From Botryllus schlosseri (Eukaryota): a stretch of DNA of 64,000 bases. The position numbers and the translations under genes are program-made. The notes under the pieces were generated by a model. That model searched no databases, was not told the DNA's origin, and was given only the letters and a program-made list of their open reading frames with translations. The stretch is taken from NCBI GenBank assembly GCA_051294905.1, contig CM119371.1, forward strand, positions 11,968,001 through 12,032,000. Direction: 5' to 3'. Shown here in pieces: positions 1 to 11,638 of the stretch (positions are counted from its first letter, which is position 1; each line of letters begins with the position of its first letter).

Positions 1-1996
1 ATGTTAAATTAGCTACCGTGAACATTGGACTGCAAAGAGCCCGTGTGGTGTTCTGTGCCATCATTGTTTTCTTGCGACTTATCTTGCGTACAAAAGTTTC
101 TCAATGTAGAAGAAGAACACCTCCGCAAATTTACTATGCAATAAAATCGCGAGTATTACTGTTAGGAAAAGTTATCGGGATTCGTTTTCTAGACGCGCGG
201 GGCGCGAATATTATTAAACCTCGCATTATTTGTATTGAGTTTTTCCGCACCCTCGATGTACCTAATTGTTGCCCTGGTTTTCTTTTCTTCCGTTCTTGTC
301 ATGTGGTAGTTGCCCCTCGAAAACGCGCGTGTGTATAGTAGTTGTGCGCTTTTGATTCTGAAGTGAAGTAGTCATTGAAAATCGTGGGACCGCCACCACA
401 ATGAAACTGACTGATTGGCAATTTCTAGCATCCTCTTGTCTTCTATGTTTAGAAAACCAAATCTTCTGAGTAGCGATTCATCAGTTGCACATCTAGTCCA
501 CTCGGTACCTTGGCAATGATACCGAGAATCCGATGCTGTAGTCCAGTGGTTCTCAATCGCGGGTCCGCGAAGCAATTTCATGGGGTCCGCGAGACCTCTA
601 AATTTTTAAAATGATTTTTAACCTTTTTTGTAATTTTTTAATTTAGGGAAAGCATGAAGCAGTTTTCCTTCCACAACTGATAAAACCTAATTACTCACAT
701 CATCAGAATAATCGTATGACACGAAATATCCTACTGTGCAAATTCCTTTCAATTGCCATATTGCTGATAACCTACTTATAAAAACATATTGCTCTTTCGA
801 GACGTTTTGTTGAGGTTTGTATAAAAAATAAAAATAGTGACAAAGTAACATCAATCATGGTGACTTCTTAGTCGGTGTCATCAAATTAGTTAAGTCGTTT
901 GAAATAAAAACTCCTAAAGTATTTTTACTAGTTTTCCCAATGAAGGAATTGAAACCTCGCCATGAAGTCCATTTTATCCTGCACTTGTTCATATCAAATC
1001 GAAGACGCGGATTTTCAAGACCACGTAGGCCTACTTTGAGAAATACAGCTGCAAAGTTGGCGTTGAAATAATAAAAGTCCACCTAATTTCAAAATAAATA
1101 GTATGATGTCATTATCAAGAAAAGTCATTTTGTTGCTGTTTATCACAAACCTAGAAAGGCTGCATCTGGACACTTTGAAACTGTATGCTATATGAAATAC
1201 AGCAATATACCCAATCTAGTGGTTAAGGATTGTAGTTTTCGGACTTCCTACTACCATGTTCTGACTTCACGAAAATTGCCGATATTTTTTCACCTCCAAT
1301 TGCCGATACGGATAATTCTTTCAAAGTGTGATATCAACTCGATATTATCGGCGAATTGATAATCGGCCAGGCTCTAATCACAACAAATATTTCGCGATTG
1401 GAGCTTCTCTCTTTATCTTTGCCGCTTTCGTATCGTCTGGCGCTTGCTGGGCGGGCACTGATGTCTAATATTTAATTGCATACGCTGAAGGACTCTTATC
1501 AATCCATCCGGTCCGTTTCACAACCAGACTTGAATCCACAGGATGTCTATTGTCCATTCATCAGAAAGCCAACTTTATCAAAGCCATGCATTTCTGTTAT
1601 CTACGGGTAACGGAGCACTATACTATATAAACCACCTTATACATTGCGCCACCTCGCATTAATTCTTGTCATTCTTGGTTACACTTCGTGGAGAGTGATA
1701 GGATATCGGCAATTAGGGTAGGCTATTTGTCGTATTAGTTCTGGTAATTCTTGGTTATACTTCGTAAAGAGAGGAAGGGTATTATATTAGGAATTAATAG
1801 ACTGGCATGTAGATATACAGAATAAGTGAACACATGTATTTCATGCGTACGAATCCCACATTCTGTTATCAATTTATTGAGAACCTTATTTAAATATTTA
1901 TTGCAAGAACGCGGATTCAAAAAGTATTATTCTGTTCATTTCAGTTATATGAAATATATAATAGGCTATTATTCGCTCTGAAATAAAGAAAAGACT

Positions 1997-2800
1997 ATGG
2001 ACGCGTAGAAAGAAACTCAAGTCAGCCCGGCGATATTTTGGCAAAAGTAAGAATGTATTTTGATTTTCGTAAATGAACTAAAAGGTACTGTTCTTTATCA
2101 TCATCATGTTCCAAGCATCATCAATAGAATATGAGGATTTCGAATAGTGCAATTGTTTTATAAGTACTATTTTATTGCAGCGGGCCGATGCGGTTTGAGA
2201 ACAGCGATTCGGAGCGAGCCCTGGCTGAGCTGCTGAACAATTGGAGTTCGTTCGAAAAGTCAGTAACTACGACGAAGACTAAAACATCACGTCCAAAATG
2301 TCGTGACCCGTACCTTGGGGCAATGAGAAAAAGAATCCAACAGGTACATATTTTCGTGTTCGACGCGTAAACAACGACTCCGCTACAATTTTATACCTCC
2401 ATGTATAGCGATATACATTCAGTGAAATTGTAGTTATTCACTTCACTGATTTACTATACTTAGCATACAGGACTGTTCCTTTGTCCTATTTTATGCTAAC
2501 GTATGTGGTTCACATTTGCTCATACTGTCTCTTCCCGATGTGCTTGTTGAATGCGGCCTTGAAATCGCACATGATTCGAATTTACCGAACCAGAGGTATG
2601 CTTTGCTACGTGACGCTAATTCCGATGCATTCTTTCCTTTTTAGCGAAAAGGAGCAAAGTACACCTAAGATATTTACTTATCCGACCGACCGGACGAGGC
2701 AGTGTTCAAGCAGTTCGGCCAACGAAATACCAAATCTCGTTTCGACGAAAAACTAGGAGCGATACCGATTGACTTCAACGACGATGACGAGTCTTCTTGA
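1997..2800 (+). pseudogene. Putative small spliced gene/pseudogene of unknown function (exons 1997-2046, 2181-2343, 2645-2800)
   Basis: ATG at 1997, donor AA|gtaaga (phase 2), acceptor ttttattgcag| at 2181, donor CAG|gtacat (phase 0), acceptor ttccttttttag| at 2645, TGA ending 2800. Phases join into one frame (..PMRFENSDSERALAELLNNW..KRIQQ/RKGAKYT*DIYLSDRPDEAVFKQF..DDDESS*) but with in-frame stops in exons 1 and 3. No family recognised. Confidence 0.4.
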
Positions 2801-3042
2801 AATATGGAGATGATATATGGTCCTTAAAAAGCCACTTGCATTACATTACATTTGTCTTGCTGAACACTGTTTCCAATTTCATATTTCTAAGTATTTTATT
2901 GAATAAAGCGATGAAGATAACGCGACTGCTATATGAATTTTATGATATGCAAATTGCAAGAAATGCAAGATTGTCACAGGTGACTAGATCAGGGATGCTC
3001 AAACTATTTTCTTTTGCGACCCTATTTTAGAAAATAAATTAT

Positions 3043-3227
3043 TTCGTAGCTGCGGACTTGCAGCATGGTCTCGGTCTAGGCTTTTATATGACACTGCTTA
3101 CACGGATGATTTGGCGAGCAGGGGCCTAGATAAACCCCCAACACCTAGGTAGGAACTCCGAAGTCGATCTCAATCACAATCCATTGGTGTTGCAGTTGTG
3201 GATTATACCACTACGCTATCTCGTCAC
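3043..3227 (-). mobile_element. tRNA-derived SINE copy (family shared with 6636, 57178, 57490)
   Basis: Reverse complement begins GTGACGAGATAGCGTAGTGGTATAATCCAC (A-box) and continues ..CCTACCTAGGTGTTGGGGTTTATCTAGGC.., matching 57178-57445; B-box degenerate. Confidence 0.75.
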
Positions 3228-4199
3228 TCAAATCTTAATAGAATTATATTCTAATGATTCAAGACGGGAAACGGGAAAAATATAATTAAATAGGAATTCT
3301 GCAGAAGCGTCTGATTCTAGATTGATTGCAGTGCAAAAATATCTGATAATATTGGTGGTCGGTATTTTAACTGCCAGCCACGCCATTTTGCGGTGCGCGG
3401 AGAAATAAGAAAACTGTACAACATACGAGACTGTACTCAAACATGGCCACGCCGAAAACAAATAGCCTACATTTCTGCGCATTTTCCTCGCGGAATAAAT
3501 CAAAAAGCACCAGATAGGATAATCCAATAGACTTCGAATATCCAAGAATGGAGTCCTTGAACAAAATATTAAAGCCACAAATTTTACCTGTTATATGATA
3601 CACCTCCTTCAAAAGTGCTGATTAGCCCTATGATGTGATTACGGAGATAGTTGTCGACAAGAACATGGATAAGGTTCAAATGTGACATATGAAAACCCTA
3701 ATGATTGTTTGTTTAAAGAACCCTTGAGATACTACTCAACAACTTCGATTTATCAATGGAAAGGACGTGACGTATTTTTGTCCTTGATGTTTTACGGCAT
3801 ATACATCGACTCATGATATACATACACACTATCTGTGCATATGCATACCATGAGTACATGACGTGCGTATGCCGCTCGACTAGAAAGTTATGTCATGACC
3901 TTGTAAGGCTTTCTAGGCCTTGTACCAACCCTCAATGCTATCACGGTAATGCTAAGCACGAGTAAAATACCACTCCCCAAACGCTCTAGGTCTGCAAATT
4001 TGACCCAAGGCATTGCAGAAAAACTCACTTTAGGCGACTTTAATAAAATAAATTGCCTGAAAAGGTGACCCAGTGTAAATAAAATTGTCGGCAGTCTCGC
4101 ATGGGCGTCCGTGAAATGGGAAATTACATGAAATTTGAACGACTGACCCTCATCAGTAGCGAACGTCAGTGATAGGGTGAATCAAATTCGAGATGTAAG

Positions 4200-5830
4200 A
4201 ACTATTTTGTGTCTATGACGTAAATATAACAAAAACAACCAACTAGTAGACGGGCAAGATACGGTAATAACGATACAAAACAAACGTTAACGAGTACATA
4301 TTCGGTTATAAATATCCAAGAACACGCCACACAACAATAAGGGAATATTACAAGGGTGTAGAGGCGTTCCTTCTGGCGACAGAGAATCGGTTTTCGCAGC
4401 TTTATGATCGTAGATTCCAGGACCTTCAAATGAAAAAGAAAACGGCCACGAGCAACTATAGAAAATTGACTGTCATTGTGATGATCAGCACATTCTGGAT
4501 GGGATAAGAGATGCTGTCCAATAGCCGAATTATAAGCAGTAACTTGATCATAATCACGCAGTGTGTCAACAGACAGCGATGATACAGTTGGAGAAACATT
4601 ACTTATTCTAATTTGCCGTGGGATATGCTATGCTGGCGAATTCTTTGCTGCAAGCACTGAGACGTGCGACCCACATACAGATTGTCACATCGGCACGTGT
4701 ATTCATATGTAATGTTTCTTTGATTTGTCGCAGGTAGCACATCCTTTTGCATTGCAGGCATCAGAGATTTCATCATGAAGATTATCTGCGGTTCTTCTTG
4801 TGAAAAAAAATGCCTCACTGACGATTTAATTTGCTTTTCAAACCTGTTGGACACTTTCCCAATCCAAGAAGATGCAAGTAAACGGGACATTTTCTATAGG
4901 TCCAAACGGTTTAACTTTTCTGAAATCTTTGAGTTTACGATCCATGGTCATTTTAATGATATAATCAGGATAACCATGTGACTGAAAGATTGACCAATGT
5001 TCTCCAATTCAGAATCAAGTTTGACTCTACTACAAATAATCAGAGCCATGTGCACCAGAGTTCTTACCAAATTAACTTTACGTATAACTGGACAGAAAGA
5101 ATCCCGCGAAATATATTGCCCACTGAATGTAGGCTTACGGTAAACTTATGTAACAAAGTTAGCACCCGTCTTTTCAACAACAACATCAAGGAATGCTAAT
5201 GAATTATTAACCTCTTTTTCCATGGTGAATTTCAGTGACGGGTGAAGACCATTCAATTTGCTCAGAAACAAATCACGATGGGATTCATTCTCAAATATGG
5301 CGAAGCTGTCATCAACATATCTCTGATACATTAATGGTCGATCAATATCATCGAATAACCGTTTCTCGTAATACCCCACAAAATGTTGGCCAGAATGGGA
5401 CCAAGAGGTGATCCCATCGCAACACCATCGGTCTGTTTATATATGGTGTTCGACATCACAAGTAAGCAAGCGCATTAATTTAACGAAAGAAGACCTTGAG
5501 GATGGTGGAGATGGAAGGACACCACCATAGAGTTCATTAGCACAAATCTCAACAGTCTCTTGAGCTGGCACGTTCGTGAATAAACTAGATATATCAAACG
5601 AACACTTAGAGATTCCGGACACATCGAGATCAACATTACGAATGGTATCAGCAAATGTGAACGAGTCACGAATGCAGTTACCACCATAAAACAAACTCAC
5701 CGGCTCAAGATATCTCGCAATCCACTTCGCGACTTTATGATACGCTGATCCAACCATCGATAGTATCGGACATAAGGGTAAATTCGATTTATGAGTCTTC
5801 GAAAGACCATACATCCGTGGTCGACTGGAG
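4200..5830 (-). mobile_element. Penelope-like retroelement, decayed (RT plus GIY-YIG endonuclease)
   Basis: Frameshifted fragments: YGLSKTHK..LCPILS, SFDISSLFTNVP, DGVAMGSPLGPILAN, YQRYVDDSF, LHPSLKFTMEKE..FLDVVV, VYRKP, then YEYTCRCDNLYVGRTSQCLQQRIRQH (GIY-YIG) and LESTIIKLRKPILCRQKE. RT followed by GIY-YIG is diagnostic of PLEs. Confidence 0.92.
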
Positions 5831-6299
5831 CCAGTGGGTCTGAACTCTGATGTCGTCGTATACAGCAGAAAAGATTTTTCCCGCCTTCTCGAGGGTCAAT
5901 AGTAGACGCTGAAACCATAGTGTCCTATATGGTGTCGACACAAGCAAATCTCACGGCTCAGTGAAATTGTATCACGTCACAATTTCCATTTGGCTACAGG
6001 CAATTTGACGGTCATTTTTGACCGGCTTGCCGAGCAGAAAATTTGGTAAAACGGGTATCAATCGAAAGCTGACTCTGCACTGATTACGAAAATATAAATT
6101 TTATTCCGCTCGTGGCCCTGGAACTCCCACAATCAGCCTCGAATTTTTCATTTTTCAAAAAGTATGCTCACACTCAAATGCGTTTGGATCGTCACTCAAA
6201 TTTAAGTCTGCTCATCATCAGACTGAATTAAGTGCAGGCGGTGTTGCAGCACGTTTTACAACGCTATCTGACCATCAAACCAATGTATCATTTGACTTG

Positions 6300-6450
6300 A
6301 TTGTTAAGTTCAACGGCCGCATTGACGGAATGAATGCTTTTTTCCCCAAGATGAAAATGTTTTCATGTCCTATTGTAGTTAATGTGGCGACTGATCATGG
6401 TAATTTACAACTTGAGTTGCTAGACATGCAGTCAGATATAAAGACATGAC
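6300..6450 (+). mobile_element. Short hAT (SPIN/GTF2IRD2-like) transposase remnant
   Basis: Translates to ..GNLQLELLDMQSD.., resembling the LQLELIDLQ motif of Buster/SPIN-type transposases; very short. Confidence 0.35.
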
Positions 6451-6635
6451 AAATTGTTTGTGCGTCTCACGAAAGTTTTTCTTTTAGTCTGCTACGCTTG
6501 AGCCACTACAATATCGTTTGATTATATAACAAACCGGAGGTCACGAATTAACAACATACACTAAAGTAATAATAACAAGATACCAGAGGTTATAATTATT
6601 AATTACGTGCCCCCAGCTCTACATGTAGGTAATTA

Positions 6636-6830
6636 TGTGGCGAGATAGCGCAGTGGTATAATCCACGGCTCCTCCTCGCCGCCTCATCCGCGTAAACGGT
6701 GTCTTACAATAAGCCTAGAAGTGGGCCTTGCTACAAGTCGGCAGATACAGAATCAAAAATGCAGAAAATCGGCCTGGTGAAACTGACCGTTGTGGTCAAC
6801 AAACACCAAGATTACCTCAAACAAACAAAC
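6636..6830 (+). mobile_element. tRNA-derived SINE copy with internal deletion
   Basis: TGTGGCGAGATAGCGCAGTGGTATAATCCAC joined directly to GGCTCCTCCTCGCC (B-box region missing relative to the 57178 copy); ends in (CAAA)n. Confidence 0.75.
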
Positions 6831-6999
6831 TCTACAGGTTAATCTGACCATCGGGGGTTGAGAGAGGATTAAAAATCAATAGTAATATAATGCAATTTTC
6901 GACGAAATGCAGTCTTCAACTTGCGATTACCACCCTATAGGGCACGAATTGCTGTTTTTGTCTTGATTCCATAGCTACAACCCATGCTAACATATATAA

Positions 7000-8113
7000 T
7001 AGGGTTACCATATTTTTGTTAAGCAAATTCCGGACACTCTTTAGCGCCCACTAGCGGAGTTAAAAATTACACATTGAGGGACAATATGACGTCACACTCG
7101 CAAAGCATTGACATACGACAGTATACAGGAATGGAGTGGAACATAGGTCATGAATTGGGCCCTCTGTAATGTGAGCTCTGGTGATTGCTACTTGCTATGG
7201 TATGCAATAGAATTCTCCACTGGCCGGACGAAATCGTCTGGCGGGCCGTGTTTGGCCTGTCGGGATTGTGTTTGACATCCCTGCTATACTGTTAGGTCGA
7301 TGCGGCTATCTGATTCTGTGTTTTTATTTTAATCAGGTCCGAAACTAAAAACTTTTCGCCCCGTTCCGCCGAAAAAAAAGCACTGATCTCTAACCCACCA
7401 TAGCGTAATCGATGTGACTTCTTGAGCAATTACTATATGCATTTGGCTGTGAAATTTTATGAATGAATTCTTCAATAATATTGATTCTTCCATTAGGCTA
7501 CTATAGAATGCACCAGCAGGTTGCGCATCCGGTGATTTCCAGCCTTTTATAGTCGCGACCTCATTTCAAACTTAAAATTGTTCTGTGGCCCAGCTAAAAA
7601 CTTGATAAGCTGATTACTAAAAAAATACAACTTGCCCAAACTTACTCCCGGCGTAGGACGGTGATTACGTCCAACATCATCGCGATCCCCAGATAAAGGT
7701 AAACGACCCCAAGATTTGGAACCACTATCTGTGACTAAAGCATCCAATCGGCCTTGACCAACTCTAGTACTATACCGTTTGCTTATAATTGCGATTACCA
7801 TTGGACTTATTTCAGTAAATGATGGTAATTTATATTTATTTTTATTGCATTTTTTGGTGAATGTGGTGCCTGGTGCCATACTAATATCAATTGACGTTGC
7901 ATTACCTCGCGCGCAGCGCGAAGAAGAATTTCGAATATCATAAACATGCTTGGAAAAAATATTGTTTATGTTGATTTACGCAAAACTTTTAAGCCTACTT
8001 CAACCCTTCAAAATTCCGGACATTTAGGCATATTTTAGAAATTCCTCCCGGACGCAGATTTTTTAGTGAAATTCCGGACATGTCCGGGAAATTCCGGACG
8101 TATGGCAACCCTA
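7000..8113. mobile_element. Non-autonomous hAT (Blackjack-like) element
   Basis: TIR TAGGGTTACCATA / TATGGCAACCCTA, perfect 8-bp TSD ATATATAA (6992-6999, 8114-8121), subterminal CCGGAC repeats. Confidence 0.88.
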
Positions 8114-8839
8114 ATATATAAGCCCATGGCCATGGCGGCAGGTCCCAATGTTGAGTAAAGAATTGTGAAATAACGATTGGCGCTCTTTCAAGTAGAGTCA
8201 TATGAGAATAAGACGAAGTGAACATAAAATTCTACCTTCAACTTAATACAGATATTGTACTGCAAGCTGCCGTTACGAGAAACGGCAAAAACGGCTCGGT
8301 TTTGATAAATATATATATATCACCAGCTGTTGATTTTTACTGCTTCGTTGTGGAAATCGCTGTTTTATTTGACGAGTACAAAATTTCAAATATTTCTCCG
8401 GTGTACGTACGTGCTAGATAGGCCTACTGCTCGCCAAGCAGCTACGGTCAAATTGCGTTTAACTTAGCATAAGCATATAACCAACATCAACCATAAGTTA
8501 CTATTTGAAACTAGGCAGAGCGGATACAAATTATACTGCTGCGAGGTAGTGGCGTGTGGAACGTGTTGATAACCTGATATACAGCACGGCAGGTGTTCTA
8601 ACAATGACACTAATGTACGACGTACGTATATCGAATATCTATTTAGTGTGGATACTTCTTACGCAATGACACACAAAGCTAATATGCTGTTTCTGACGTA
8701 ATAATGAGCTCTAGCGTTTGAAAAACAGACGTTTGTGCTGTCACGAGCCTGGTATAATATATCCCTTCCTTGTTCACGAATATTCAGTTTATGTCATAGT
8801 CCTTACAAAAATAAAAAGTAATCGTTCTTTCACAGAGAA

Positions 8840-8975
8840 ATCGATTAGATATGGGAAGTAGTCGATTACGATTACGATTACTTCGGAATTTTTTCGAATG
8901 TAATCGATTGCGGTTACGATTACTTGAAAATGATGTAATCGTCGTAATCGATTACGATTACTAATCGCGATTACC
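8840..8975. repeat. GTAATC/GATTAC motif cluster (MITE subterminal remnant)
   Basis: Many interleaved GATTAC and GTAATC motifs; termini/TSD not resolved. Confidence 0.55.
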
Positions 8976-11638
8976 CCATGTCTGCCACCGACTGCCTTGG
9001 TACCATACCGTGTCTTGAGAAGCAAGCTGATGTTACGCTCATTCTGGCACTATATGTAAATAGATCGCATGAATATTTCACTGTCGTTTAAATTTGAGGT
9101 CCTTTCTGATTTGATGTATATTTGGGCTAGACCGCCTGAAAGTTTAGTTTCACTTGCTCCGTTTTTTCCGGCTATTGATTTTGTTGAAGTCACCAACACT
9201 CAGTTTTGCTACAGTGCCTTGGATACGGATCGATTCTGGTATCTCATACCCTAATAATTTCAAGGATCTTGTTCATAAATGCAACTTTTTAGTGCAACCT
9301 TTGAGAAAAATAAATGCAACTTTCCACGGATTTGACTGCAAGAAAAAACTTGCGCTAGTTATCACATAGCGATATAAGAGTATGTTGTAGTAATGATATG
9401 TATTTCCAGTTTATTTCAATGTATGGCGCTCGCCAATCTGCCCCTATCAATGCTAAAGTAAGCGATATTGAATCTGTAGAGCTCTATGTGCATGTGCATT
9501 GTGCATGCTTTTGAAATAGCTGGATGGTAAAGATGCAGAGGTAGGCAAGTTACCTTTGAATTTTCGTTGTAAGTCACATACCTGTTTTCATGCGGCCCCA
9601 TACATACTCTGAAGTTGGAAATGAAGTTCCAACATCCAAAACGGTTTGGAACCACTGATTTCGTTTCTGACCATCGTTTATTGGTAGTGAGATAGTGTGT
9701 ACTTGTCATCACTCATCAGTATAGTGTTTAGTGATAAACTTTGTAGATCTCTGTATTGATTGCTGAGTCATACACATGAGCTACACTGCTATTATTTATA
9801 TCCACATTCTAATTATACATGATGTGATATATATCATGATTGAATGGTTTAAACATATTAAAATATCCGTGGCTTGTCCATGTTGTGTTGTATGTGGGGT
9901 TATTGGTGCTTAACTGCTAAGGTCTTGTGCACCAGACCACGTCGAAAATAATATATCCACAAAAACTAGATTGATCGGGTCGCTAATACGAATTCAATAA
10001 CAGTCAGAATTGTATATGAACTGGATAATAGGGCCCGTACTGTCATGTCGACATGGTTCCGTCTAGCCGCACTCTTCAATTATTGTCTCTGAGAAGCATA
10101 TACTTGGCACGCAATCATAAAGTGTTCGACTGTTTCGTCGGCCATGCACGTGTGGGTCAGGCCATCTTCGTGACACTTTATGCGATAAAGATGAGAGTTC
10201 AGGCGACAATGTCCCGATTTCAACCTCAATATAATCGAGGACTGTCTTCGTGAAAAATTCAGCTAAGCAGGAATTTCTGTGATGGGTGCGTGTATTTTGT
10301 GATATGCCGACCCGTTATATGACGAGTTGAAGTCTTCAATCCATTTATCGCGGCATATGGGTGCTATGAGCGTTTTCACTTCTGGAACAGACAGTTCGAC
10401 CTGTTCTCCAATGTCAGCTGCGTGATCTGTGGAAGCAGCCGCTCTTGCTAGTTCGTCAGCCGTTTCATTTTGTCCAACTCCCATGTGGTCACGGATCCAC
10501 ATCAAATTTGTCTCCACTCCTTTCCTTTCGAGATCTGCGCATAACAGAATAATATCATATATATCAGTTTGTTGTTAGTAGAGCCGGTGGTAATGGTTGT
10601 AAGGGCACTTTGACTGTCCGATAGGATGGCGAGTTTTCGAGACCCTAGATTTTCTTTTGCCCAGGTTAAGCCACGCAGAATGGAAACTAACTCGGATGAG
10701 AATACTGATGAATATTTACTGAGAGATTCGCTGTGACAAAACGGAATTTCTTCGACTACGAAGGCTGCACCACATCGGTGAATAGTTTTTGACCCACCGT
10801 TATATATTTTTACATGGTTCGAGTACGTTTCTGTGATATGACGATTACACTTTGACTTGGCAATTGTGGATAGGTCAGACTTTACATTTCTTGATTTTAG
10901 GTGCAAACTATTCGACAACATATTTCCTGCCATGGCGGTAGAGGAACTACTTCATGGTTATGTAGTTTAATTTGCATGAGATTCGCATTTCTAGTTTTCA
11001 TATTAAAGGTTGTAAATAACGTCGAGTCCGGGAAAATTTCGTGCCAAGAATCATCAATTACTGTTGCGCACGGCAACGACGCTATAACACAGTGGTCGGG
11101 AACCTTTTTCGCCCAAAGAGCCATATTGACCCTATATTTTCCATTCTAACTCCCAAAGAGCCATACAATCAATCAACTACTATGTCATCATTGAAAAATC
11201 GTGACGTCATGGTAGCCCAAATTCGAAATCTCTGCATGGGATTCGTTGTTTGCACCGTATTTTCTCTGTAAAAACTCGTACTAATCATACTGGTTGCCTT
11301 ACTTGAGTAATGAGTATGCGAAACTTCAGTTATACAGATCTTTTGCAAGTTATCTTTTTAATTGTATAGCACTGAGAGGCATATGATATTTTTCGAAGCT
11401 TGAGTCAGATAACATTTAGAGTTCCGAAAGACGTAGACAACAGTAAAAGTATGAATCTACTTGTTACACGCTTTTTACAGTTAATACGTCTTTTGGTGTT
11501 GCTTGGTATTCCTGATGGCTTTGTAGTCTGGTTGCGGTTAAGCTTCATACAAAATTTGAGACTTTCGTCAGTTATACGAGATTGTAGGTTCGTCTTGATG
11601 CTATGCGAGAACCCATGATGCCATATGTAGCTGGAGCC

